The translations under genes and the position numbers were made by a program. The notes under the pieces were generated by a model. The model was not told the origin of the DNA and ran no database searches. It was given only the letters and a program-made list of their open reading frames with translations. A stretch of DNA of 64,000 nt from Thermodesulfobacteriota bacterium (GTDB lineage Bacteria; Desulfobacterota; Desulfarculia; Adiutricales; JAGVGV01), in NCBI GenBank assembly GCA_040755515.1, contig JBFMAW010000023.1, positions 39,383 through 103,382 on the forward strand, in the 5' to 3' direction. Every line of letters starts with the position of its first letter. Positions within the stretch are counted from its first letter, which is position 1. Shown one piece after another: positions 1-7,707 of the stretch.

Positions 1-154
1 AGCGGTCAGGGATTTCTGCCTGAAAAGGCTGCCCGCCGCCTCGGTCCCGGATATCATTCATTTCACCGAGACCTTCCCCATGACCGCCACCGGCAAGATA
101 CAGAAGTTCAAGATGAGAGAGATAACGCTCGAGCTGCTGGCGGGAAAAGGGTGA
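1..154 (+). CDS. Acyl-CoA synthetase (AMP-forming) / long-chain fatty-acid-CoA ligase, C-terminal fragment (5' end lies outside the window)
   Basis: Frame 2 translates to ...DIIHFTETFPMTATGKIQKFKMREITLELLAGKG*. The ...P(K/M)TATGKIQ(K/R)... motif is the conserved C-terminal signature of adenylate-forming acyl-CoA synthetases. Stop codon at 152-154. Confidence 0.6.
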   Translation, partial: AVRDFCLKRLPAASVPDIIHFTETFPMTATGKIQKFKMREITLELLAGKG

Positions 155-174
155 TTGATTATATCATCGCTTGA

Positions 175-1719
175 TCAATCACCGTCCAGCACGAGAATGA
201 AACAGCCGCCGCCTCCACCGCCCGATCCGCCTCCGCCGTTGCCGCCGGATTGACCGAAAATAGCCGTGACGGACTTGGATTCGCTTAGCACCACGGTGCA
301 AGCGCCGGTGCCGGAGCAAGCGTCCCGCCATCCCAGGAAAGTGGAACCGGCGTCGGGTGTGGCGGTCAAAACGACGACGGTGTTCTGGTCAAAACCCTGA
401 TGACAGGTCGGGCCGCAGTCAATACCGGCCGGGTTGCTTAGAACGCGGCCGCCGCCCGGACCTATTTTATAAACCACCAGCCCTACGGCGATCCGCTCGA
501 AGGAGCCGATGTCGCTGATAGCCACGCCGTCGCCGTCTCCGTCCCGGGGCCTGGTGGTCCCTCTTTGGTCGGCCAGGCCGGGCTGGACCGGATCGGCAGC
601 GTCCACGGCCGGGCTGCCCGTCAGGAGGGCGTGGGTCTGGGTCGGGCCGCCGTTGTCGGCCAGCGGGCCGAGTCTGGGATCAGGATCCACCAGGTCGCCG
701 GCCGTCAAGGTCACAACGCAGGAAGTTAAGTCGCCAATCAGGTTGTACCCGGCGCTGGTAAGCGTGCCGGCGCAGTCCGGTCCGTCAGGGCCGGCGTTCC
801 CGGCCAGGAGAGAACCCCGGGCCGTGATGGCGCCCGCGGCCCGCAGGCCGCCACCCCTGGTCGTGGTCGTATTGCCGGATACGGTGCAATGGGCCAGGTT
901 CACGTTGCCGCCGGCGGCGTTGTAGAGGCCTCCTCCGAAATTGGACGAGTTGCCGCTGATCGTGGAGTTGCTCAAGGTTAAAACGGGCGAGCCGGCGCCG
1001 TTGTATAATCCTCCACCTTGGGTCGCGGCCGTATTGCTGTTGAAGGTGCTGTTCTCGACGGTGGCCGAGGCCCCCCAGTCGTTATGTACGCCGCCGCCGT
1101 AATCGGCCGAGTTCCGGCTGAAGGTGCAGTCGGTGACGGACAGGGTGGCGTTAAGGCTGTTGTATACGCCGCCACCGGTATTAGTGGTAGTGTTGTCCGC
1201 GACCAGGCCTTCCCTCAAGGTCACCGAGCCGCCGGGATTATAGATGCCGCCGCCGAAATTGGCCGCGTTGGCGACCAGGCGGAAGCGGCTCAAGGCGAGG
1301 CTTCCGCTCACTAGGTAGAACCCGCCGCCCAGATTGGCGTTGCCGTTGGTGACGGACAGATCAGTGCAGTTGACCGCGGCGTTGCCGGCGATCTGGAAGA
1401 CTCCCTGGGTTCCGCCGCCGCTGACGGTCAATTGGTCCGCGCCCAGGCCGTTGATGGTCAGGTTCTTATCGATGACCAGGACGCCGGCGATCAAGGTAAT
1501 GGTTTGACCGGAAAGGGAGGAGTCAAAAACGATGGTGTCTCCGGCCGCGGCGTTGGCCACGGTCCAACGCAGGCAGCCCGGATCGGCCACGTTGTCCGTG
1601 GCTTTGGTCACGGTCCAGGTGGCGGCCCAGGAGGTCGAAGCCAGCAGGAGGCAGAAAAGAGGCAAGGCCAAAAAGAAGGCGGCCTGGAGACGCCTGGTGG
1701 AGAGACCCGCAATGATCAT
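175..1719 (-). CDS. Secreted right-handed parallel beta-helix repeat protein (Pmp/pectate-lyase-like GGGxYN repeats) with N-terminal signal peptide (RR-containing n-region, possibly Tat) and Gly-rich C-terminus
   Basis: 514-aa ORF. N-terminus MIIAGLSTRRLQAAFFLALPLFCLLLASTSWA/ATW looks like a signal peptide with an AXA cleavage site. There are more than 12 degenerate repeats of ~22 aa, N(T/S)xxxGGG(L/V/I)YN. Its start lies 4 nt downstream of the PAAR-like gene stop, indicating translational coupling. Confidence 0.65.
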   Translation of the reverse strand: MIIAGLSTRRLQAAFFLALPLFCLLLASTSWAATWTVTKATDNVADPGCLRWTVANAAAGDTIVFDSSLSGQTITLIAGVLVIDKNLTINGLGADQLTVSGGGTQGVFQIAGNAAVNCTDLSVTNGNANLGGGFYLVSGSLALSRFRLVANAANFGGGIYNPGGSVTLREGLVADNTTTNTGGGVYNSLNATLSVTDCTFSRNSADYGGGVHNDWGASATVENSTFNSNTAATQGGGLYNGAGSPVLTLSNSTISGNSSNFGGGLYNAAGGNVNLAHCTVSGNTTTTRGGGLRAAGAITARGSLLAGNAGPDGPDCAGTLTSAGYNLIGDLTSCVVTLTAGDLVDPDPRLGPLADNGGPTQTHALLTGSPAVDAADPVQPGLADQRGTTRPRDGDGDGVAISDIGSFERIAVGLVVYKIGPGGGRVLSNPAGIDCGPTCHQGFDQNTVVVLTATPDAGSTFLGWRDACSGTGACTVVLSESKSVTAIFGQSGGNGGGGSGGGGGGCFILVLDGD

Positions 1720-1723
1720 GTCG

Positions 1724-2131
1724 TCAGCTCAGCACCAGAACCTGGACCTGACTGGGCGCCAGGGCCACGCCGGGACAGTTCATGCTCTGGCCGTTCTGGC
1801 CGGTCGTGCCGGTCATTCTGACGGCCGGCGCTCCTCCCACCAGTACGGTGGCGCTGCCGATCAGGAACCTGGTCGGCCCCATGATCATGCCCGAGACCAC
1901 GCCCATCTGCACGCCGGCCTCATCGCCGTTGCTCAGGGGTATCTGGGACATCAGATTCAGGGCCGGCATGCCACTGACCAGGACCGTGCGGGCCGCGGTC
2001 GAGGGGTTGGCCGTGGCGTTCGTGGATATATTCGGATAGGGGACGGGCACGGGCGCGCCCGCCGCGGCCGGTGTGTTGCACACGTCCGGGAAGCCCAGGT
2101 TCATCCCGCCGGCCATGCACGACATGAACAT
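1724..2131 (-). CDS. DUF4150-family PAAR-like protein (T6SS spike-sharpening/tip protein)
   Basis: 135 aa, MFMSCMAGGMNLGFPDVCNTPAAAGAPVPVPYPNISTNATA...MIMGPTRFLIGSATVLVGG. This matches the DUF4150/PAAR-like pattern (GxPDVCxTP...PxPYPN), from memory of the family. It lies at the end of the vgrG operon. Confidence 0.7.
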   Translation of the reverse strand: MFMSCMAGGMNLGFPDVCNTPAAAGAPVPVPYPNISTNATANPSTAARTVLVSGMPALNLMSQIPLSNGDEAGVQMGVVSGMIMGPTRFLIGSATVLVGGAPAVRMTGTTGQNGQSMNCPGVALAPSQVQVLVLS

Positions 2132-2173
2132 TAGCTGACCCTCCTTTCACATATCCGGATGAAATGGATTCTC

Positions 2174-2827
2174 TCAGCCCAGATGTATCTGCTCGGCCTC
2201 CACCTTAACATGTTTTTCAGACTTGATAATGGAATTCCTGGAGTGCATGATCATGGTTCCGTCCACCAGCCACCGCGTCGAGGCGGCTTGAACCTCTTCA
2301 TGCTCGGCCACATAGCGATACGAAGCAGTCAGCCGTTGAACGACTCTTCGGAAGACCAGGTCCAGCGACTGTCCGATCATCTTGACCCGTTCCACTTGAC
2401 CGTGCAGCATCCGGCCGATATAGGTGAATTTTTTAAACCGGGCCAGACCGAAGGCGGTATTGACCTCCAGAGACTCGGAGGCGGCGGTGAGTTTGTTGGC
2501 GGAAGACAGGGTCAAATCCTGAGCGGCGGTGAGCCGCAGGTCGTCCCGACCCTCGATATGCACCGGCCCGTCAAAGATTATTCGTCGTTCCGAGTCCGGA
2601 CCGCTTGCCCGTTCCAGCACGGCCAGGATGTGGCTTTCACCGGTCGGCGCCAAAGCCAAAAGGACCCGATCCCCTTTTTCCGGTTTCAAGAGGCAACTGG
2701 CGGCCTGAACGGCTTTGATCCGGCCGAAACCATTCTCCACCATGAATAGCCGCTCCACCTCGGACAATACCTGTCCGTATTCCAAGACAGGATGGGAGTC
2801 GGTCATCTTATAAGCCAGGTTCTCCAT
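2174..2827 (-). CDS. DUF3540-like protein, a conserved partner of the DUF2169/pentapeptide/DUF4150 modules in vgrG islands (function unknown)
   Basis: 217-aa ORF tightly packed between the pentapeptide-repeat gene (24-nt gap) and the PAAR-like gene (42-nt gap). Size and position match the DUF3540 member of this recurring gene set. The family assignment is from memory of the gene neighbourhood and is not a direct motif match. Confidence 0.5.
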   Translation of the reverse strand: MENLAYKMTDSHPVLEYGQVLSEVERLFMVENGFGRIKAVQAASCLLKPEKGDRVLLALAPTGESHILAVLERASGPDSERRIIFDGPVHIEGRDDLRLTAAQDLTLSSANKLTAASESLEVNTAFGLARFKKFTYIGRMLHGQVERVKMIGQSLDLVFRRVVQRLTASYRYVAEHEEVQAASTRWLVDGTMIMHSRNSIIKSEKHVKVEAEQIHLG

Positions 2828-2851
2828 ATCGTCTCCTTTAATTGGCCAAGG

Positions 2852-3895
2852 TTACCAGTTTTCGGCTTCGGCCAGGTCCGGGTCAGTGCCCAGAGCAGCC
2901 TCGCGGTTGGCGCCCTCCCAATTGACGTGATCCATCAGGCTCCGGTGCAACTTGGTTCGATATAACCGGGCTGATCCGAAATCGGCCGCGGTCAGATCGG
3001 CGTGCGAGAAATCCGTATAGGCGCAGTTCGCGCCGATGAACAACGCTCCCTGGCAGAAGGCTCGCGTGAAGATGGCCTGCTCGATATCGGCCCTGGAGAA
3101 ATCAGCCCGCTTAAGCTTGCTTTTATCAAAGCAGGATTGATAAAGTCGGGCGTCCTTAAGGCTGGCCGCGGTCAGTGTGGTCTCGAGGAAGACGCTGCGT
3201 TTGCCTTTCACCGCGTCGAGCTTCGCCCCGGTCAGATCGGCGCCGGAAAAGTCGGATTGAGTGATATCCGCGCCGGTGAAGTCGCAGCCGGTGAAGTCCG
3301 CTCCACCGGCCTGGACCATGATGAATTCGGCGCCTCGGAAATCCTGTCCGGGCAGGCGACAATCCCGCAGAAAGGTCTTGTGCAATTTGCAGCCTTTGAG
3401 TCTGGCCCCGCTCAAGTCAGCTTCCATGAAGGTCGCCCTGGTCAGGTCCGCGCCGCTCAGATCCGCGTCAACCAAGGAAGCCTGGTAGAGTACCGTCCAG
3501 TTCAATACCGCTCCGGCCATGACGGCTTTATCCAGCCGGGCGTGATCCAATACGGCGCTGCTTAAGTCGGCCAGGGTAAGATCGGCGCCGGCCAGGTCCG
3601 CGCCGGTCAGGACCGCTTCGCGTAAAACCGCCTCTCGAAGAATGACCCCTTTGAGGTTCATCTTATGCCAGATGACTCCGGTCAGGTCCACTCCGGCCAT
3701 GATCGCCCCGAAGAGATCGCAGCCGGTAAAGCCGGTTCTTTGGATTTTGGCCACGGTGAAATTCACTTTTCTCAAGACCGTGTTCTCGAAGCGGCCGCCG
3801 GACAGGTCCGCGCCGGACAGATCGAGTCCGCTCAAGTCCACGTTCTCGATGGTGTCGTCGCGACGAATGGCGGCTAGGACTTCATCCCTGGTCAT
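2852..3895 (-). CDS. Pentapeptide-repeat protein
   Basis: 347 aa composed almost entirely of A(D/N)LxG / (S/T)GADL pentapeptide repeats (…VDLSGLDLSGADLSGGRFENTVLRKVNFT…ADLSGADLTRATFMEADLSGARL…). Start ATGA overlaps the stop of the upstream giant gene. Confidence 0.9.
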   Translation of the reverse strand: MTRDEVLAAIRRDDTIENVDLSGLDLSGADLSGGRFENTVLRKVNFTVAKIQRTGFTGCDLFGAIMAGVDLTGVIWHKMNLKGVILREAVLREAVLTGADLAGADLTLADLSSAVLDHARLDKAVMAGAVLNWTVLYQASLVDADLSGADLTRATFMEADLSGARLKGCKLHKTFLRDCRLPGQDFRGAEFIMVQAGGADFTGCDFTGADITQSDFSGADLTGAKLDAVKGKRSVFLETTLTAASLKDARLYQSCFDKSKLKRADFSRADIEQAIFTRAFCQGALFIGANCAYTDFSHADLTAADFGSARLYRTKLHRSLMDHVNWEGANREAALGTDPDLAEAENW

Positions 3896-6800
3896 GGCAG
3901 CAGGTCGGTCCGTTTATGCAGCTTGGTCATTTTAAGGTTGGCGCCATCGAGTTTGGTCCGGCCCAGCACGGACCGATGAAATTCAACGCCGTAAAGATTG
4001 GCGCCGGAAAAATCCGTGTCCACCAGTCTGGTCTTGCGCAGGGAACCATTTAAAAGGTTAATCCCCCGCAGGTCCCCCCCACTGAGGTCTGATTTGTTAA
4101 AGCTGGTCTGTTTGGCCTGGGTCCGGTTCAGGTTGGCTTGATGCAGGTCGCACTCCTCGATCAGGCTGCCTTCGAGGCGGGCGCCTCGGAAATCGGCCCG
4201 GTGCAACTCGGCCTGGCGCCAGCAGGCTTGGGACAAATCGGCGCCGGAGAAATCGGCGCCCGGCATCTCGGAGCCGCCGCCGATCCGGCTGTTGTGCATA
4301 TCCGTGTCGGTGAAATTGACTTCCCGGCCTTTCACCTGCCAGAAGAAGGCGGATCGGGCCTTCGCGCGGGAAAAGTCTGTCTTATCCAGTGCTGCTTCCG
4401 AAAAAAGCCCATGGCTTATATCCGCTCCGGCCAGGTTGGCCCCGGTAAGATCAGACGAGAGAAAGGAACCGCCATTGATTTTGGTATCATTCAGCCGGGC
4501 GTCTGACAGTTTCGCTCCTTCCAGAAGAGCACTTTCCATTTCGGCCCCTTGCAGATCGGCCGCGGTCAGGTCCGCGTTTTTCAGCAAGGCTTTCGTCATG
4601 GAAGAGCCGCTTAACACCGCTTTGGTAAACTTGGCTTGTTGAAAGAGCCCGCTGTCCAAACGGACGCCCTTTAACGAGGCCCCGGTGAAATCGGCCTCGT
4701 TGGCCACCGCCTCGGTCAGGTTGGCTCCATCGAGCTTTGAGCCGGCAAGGACGGTCTTTTCCAGAAAGGCTTCTTTTAAATCCAGGCCGGACAAGTCCAG
4801 GCCGGATAAATCGAGACCGGACAAGTTCTTGCCGGCCAGGCTTAGGCCTTGCTTATGGCGTTCGATCACATCTTCCCGGGTTAGAGGCTCCAGGTCATCC
4901 ACATCAATACCCGCTTTTTTAAGCTGTCCCAAGGCCCAGTCCGGGACGGGGGGCCGTGATTCGGCCTCGGCGATCCTGGCCATCCCGGCCTGGTATCTTT
5001 CCGCGGCCGCGCCGGTGACCCGCTTTATCTTGCCTTCGGCCTCGTCGAGTTTGGCCCAGACCTCGGGGTCTACCCGATCCACTTGTTTCAACTTTTCACG
5101 AGCCTGACCTAGGGAAGCGAGCATCGGCGCTGGGTCGAAAGGATTGTCGCCCAGGGCGACCTCTTTCCTGTCCAGGATCGTGTCCGGATTCAGGCCGGAT
5201 TTCCTGAGAGGTTCGTCGAATTTTTTCAGTTCCTGCTGGAAGTGGGCCTGCATCTCTTTTTTCATGGCCGCGATGTTTTCCAGCTCTGGTTTGAGGGCGG
5301 CGTCCACGCTGCCTCTTATTTTTTGATCCAGGGCTTGAACGTCAGGCAAGGGAAAATCTTGGGTGGCTTTTCTTTCTTGGCGCTCTTTTTCGATCAGGGC
5401 CAGTTCTTCCTCGATTTGGGTGGATAATTCCGGCGGGAGCGCGGCCAAAAGCCACGGTCTCAAGTCAAAACCGGTCCGGCGCGCCTCGAGCAGGTTCCGG
5501 CCCACGGGCAGGGGCAGGATTTTGGCTTGGGGATGAACATCGAGCCAGGCCGACAGTGTCTCGTCCACTTGTACTTCGGACCAGGCCGGCCCGGCGATCA
5601 GGAAAGCGCGGGCTGGCTCGATCAACTTGGCGGTTTCCTCGGCCGGCTTCCGGCTTGGATCCGGGGCCGCGATTATGGAGCAAAGGTCTGAAGCCTCTTG
5701 CCGGGCCAGCCAGGCCTCCAACTCGTCCGCCACCCGCAGGAAGACGTCAGGCCGTCGCGGGCTGATAAAGGTCAAAGCCAAGTCTTTCGATCCTTCGACC
5801 GGGAAATCAGTCCCGGCCTCGACCGCGTCACCGGTCCGGATAGTGATCCGGTCCAGGATGGCGCCGTCAAAATGAGGTATCACCAAGCCCGCCGGCAGGC
5901 GCTGATTCCTCGGCCGGCCCTGGTCGTCCCAGGCTTCTTTCAAACCCCAGGCGGATCGCGGTTCGGATAATTCCACCGGATTATAACCCAGCCAGGCCCG
6001 TCTGATGGTCTGGTGGGACAGGCCATGGGAGCGAAGTATTTTCATCAGTTCCTGGTTTTCCTGCAATCTCTGTCGGCAATCTTCCACGAAGCGGAAGCCT
6101 TGTTCCCGCCAGAGCTGATCCGGTTTAGGTTCGAAAAGCATGTCCGGTTCAAAACCCTCGGTCGGGATGCCTCTGGCTTCCAGTCGTTTCTTCTGCTCTT
6201 GGAAGGCCTTTTTAATTTCCTGTTGATGTTGAGTTATCTCGGCCTGGGCCTGGGCCACCTGGCCCGGAACTTCCTGAATGGCCGCGGCGGCCGCGGCCAG
6301 TTCACCCTGGGCCTCCTCGAGCATCGAGAGGTCTATTTTGATCAGGTGGCCGAATTCGGCCTTCAATTCAACGAGTCTCTTCCTGGCCTCGGCCAATCTA
6401 GTTGCCGCCTCGGTCATCTGCCCGGCGCCGCCGGCGGTCAGTTCCGATAAAGGCTGGGTGGAGGCCGGCGCCCGTCCCGCGGCCTCGGCCAAGGCCTCGT
6501 CGAGAAGTTGAGGTATTTTCTCCAGTTCGGCCCTGGCTGCCGCCAGCTCTTTTTCGGCCTGCTCCAAGGGGGTCATATCCACGGCCGGCACCGGCCATTT
6601 CATTCTTTCCTTTTCCAACTCGAGGTATTCTTCCAGGGTCCGGGGCGGGTCATGCAGTTTTTCCGTAAGCAGGAACAGCCGTCGGACGTCCGAGGCCTCG
6701 TCATCGGCCACTTCGGTCACGCCCCGGAAGATCAATACGCCCCGCCAGGCGTTGGGTAAGAGCCAGACCGTATCCAGGTTGGTCTTGACCTCCTTGAAGA

Positions 6801-7644
6801 CGGCGTCGGAAGGACTTCGCCTATCGTTCTTAAGTTGGGTGGCGAAACATTTCACCGCGACGCCGGGCAGGTGCGCCTTGATAAGGGGCCGGGCGTTGTT
6901 CATGTTTTCGATGAGCAGGGCTTCGTCGCCGCGCCAGAACCCGGTCAATCGTTGGTCCGGCGGCGCCGCGTTGAAAAAAGTATAGTCCATGTCCTCGGGG
7001 AAGTAAGGCCAGCGTTCCCTGAGCCATTTGGCGTCATATGTTCCCAGCTTACTCGATCTTTGCGGCCAGGTGATCTCGTACGGGCCGAAGCCGGCCGGAT
7101 TCGGCCGGTCCTCGGGCGAAGAGATCAAATGGCCGGGATCTTCCACGTTGGGCGCCAGGACCATAATTTCGCCCGAAGGCAGGCGGACGGGGTTGAGGCC
7201 CTTGCCCAGGGGGTTGCGCGGAAAGTCCGGACCGCCGAAAGCGTTGCGATAACCGACCTCGATGGCCTGAAACGGTTGGGGATCGCTCAGGGTCAGTAAA
7301 CCATTGGGACGGCGGCGCCAATGGCGACGGCCGAAGATGTAAAGACTCTTGTTGATGGGGCCGAGGCGCAAGGAAACTCTCAGGCCGGTAGTGGTCAGGC
7401 CGCCCGGAGCAAAGCACCGGCCCAGCATCAAAACTTCGCCTTGCGGCTTGGGCAGGCCTTGATCGAAGATGGTTTCCGCTCCCAGTTGGTCCTGAACGCA
7501 TGGCCATAGCTCCTGCTCCGGGAGCAGGTCGGCCGGCTCATTCAGATCGAAGAAGAGCAGGATCGAGACGGTCAGGTAGTATTTATCCGCCAGTCCGAAA
7601 TGATTGAGCAGCAGCGACTGGTCCTGTTCTTTTACCACTTCCAC
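3892..7644 (-). CDS. Giant DUF2169-domain protein fused to a coiled-coil linker and C-terminal pentapeptide-repeat domain
   Basis: 1250 aa. The N-terminal ~330 aa (…FPRNPLGKGLNPV…YDAKWLRERWPYFPEDMDYTFFNAAPPDQRL…) resembles DUF2169, a T6SS-associated adaptor-like domain. The middle ~550 aa is E/A/K/Q-rich with heptad character. The last ~340 aa are pentapeptide repeats (NLSGLDLSGLDLSGLDLKEAFL…ADLTAADLQGAEM…). Confidence 0.8.
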   Translation of the reverse strand: MEVVKEQDQSLLLNHFGLADKYYLTVSILLFFDLNEPADLLPEQELWPCVQDQLGAETIFDQGLPKPQGEVLMLGRCFAPGGLTTTGLRVSLRLGPINKSLYIFGRRHWRRRPNGLLTLSDPQPFQAIEVGYRNAFGGPDFPRNPLGKGLNPVRLPSGEIMVLAPNVEDPGHLISSPEDRPNPAGFGPYEITWPQRSSKLGTYDAKWLRERWPYFPEDMDYTFFNAAPPDQRLTGFWRGDEALLIENMNNARPLIKAHLPGVAVKCFATQLKNDRRSPSDAVFKEVKTNLDTVWLLPNAWRGVLIFRGVTEVADDEASDVRRLFLLTEKLHDPPRTLEEYLELEKERMKWPVPAVDMTPLEQAEKELAAARAELEKIPQLLDEALAEAAGRAPASTQPLSELTAGGAGQMTEAATRLAEARKRLVELKAEFGHLIKIDLSMLEEAQGELAAAAAAIQEVPGQVAQAQAEITQHQQEIKKAFQEQKKRLEARGIPTEGFEPDMLFEPKPDQLWREQGFRFVEDCRQRLQENQELMKILRSHGLSHQTIRRAWLGYNPVELSEPRSAWGLKEAWDDQGRPRNQRLPAGLVIPHFDGAILDRITIRTGDAVEAGTDFPVEGSKDLALTFISPRRPDVFLRVADELEAWLARQEASDLCSIIAAPDPSRKPAEETAKLIEPARAFLIAGPAWSEVQVDETLSAWLDVHPQAKILPLPVGRNLLEARRTGFDLRPWLLAALPPELSTQIEEELALIEKERQERKATQDFPLPDVQALDQKIRGSVDAALKPELENIAAMKKEMQAHFQQELKKFDEPLRKSGLNPDTILDRKEVALGDNPFDPAPMLASLGQAREKLKQVDRVDPEVWAKLDEAEGKIKRVTGAAAERYQAGMARIAEAESRPPVPDWALGQLKKAGIDVDDLEPLTREDVIERHKQGLSLAGKNLSGLDLSGLDLSGLDLKEAFLEKTVLAGSKLDGANLTEAVANEADFTGASLKGVRLDSGLFQQAKFTKAVLSGSSMTKALLKNADLTAADLQGAEMESALLEGAKLSDARLNDTKINGGSFLSSDLTGANLAGADISHGLFSEAALDKTDFSRAKARSAFFWQVKGREVNFTDTDMHNSRIGGGSEMPGADFSGADLSQACWRQAELHRADFRGARLEGSLIEECDLHQANLNRTQAKQTSFNKSDLSGGDLRGINLLNGSLRKTRLVDTDFSGANLYGVEFHRSVLGRTKLDGANLKMTKLHKRTDLLP

Positions 7645-7707
7645 GTTTATCGCCCTCCAAGGCCGATGCGCCGGGCCTCGTTGGTGATGGTGAAGAAGGC
7701 CTTGACT

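Noticed and set aside
4685-5107. Plus-strand ORF with KSRPDKSRPDKSRPDK repeats
   Set aside because: It is the mirror image of the tandem 15-bp repeats encoding LSGLDLSGLDLSGLD in the minus-strand pentapeptide gene, and is not a separate gene.
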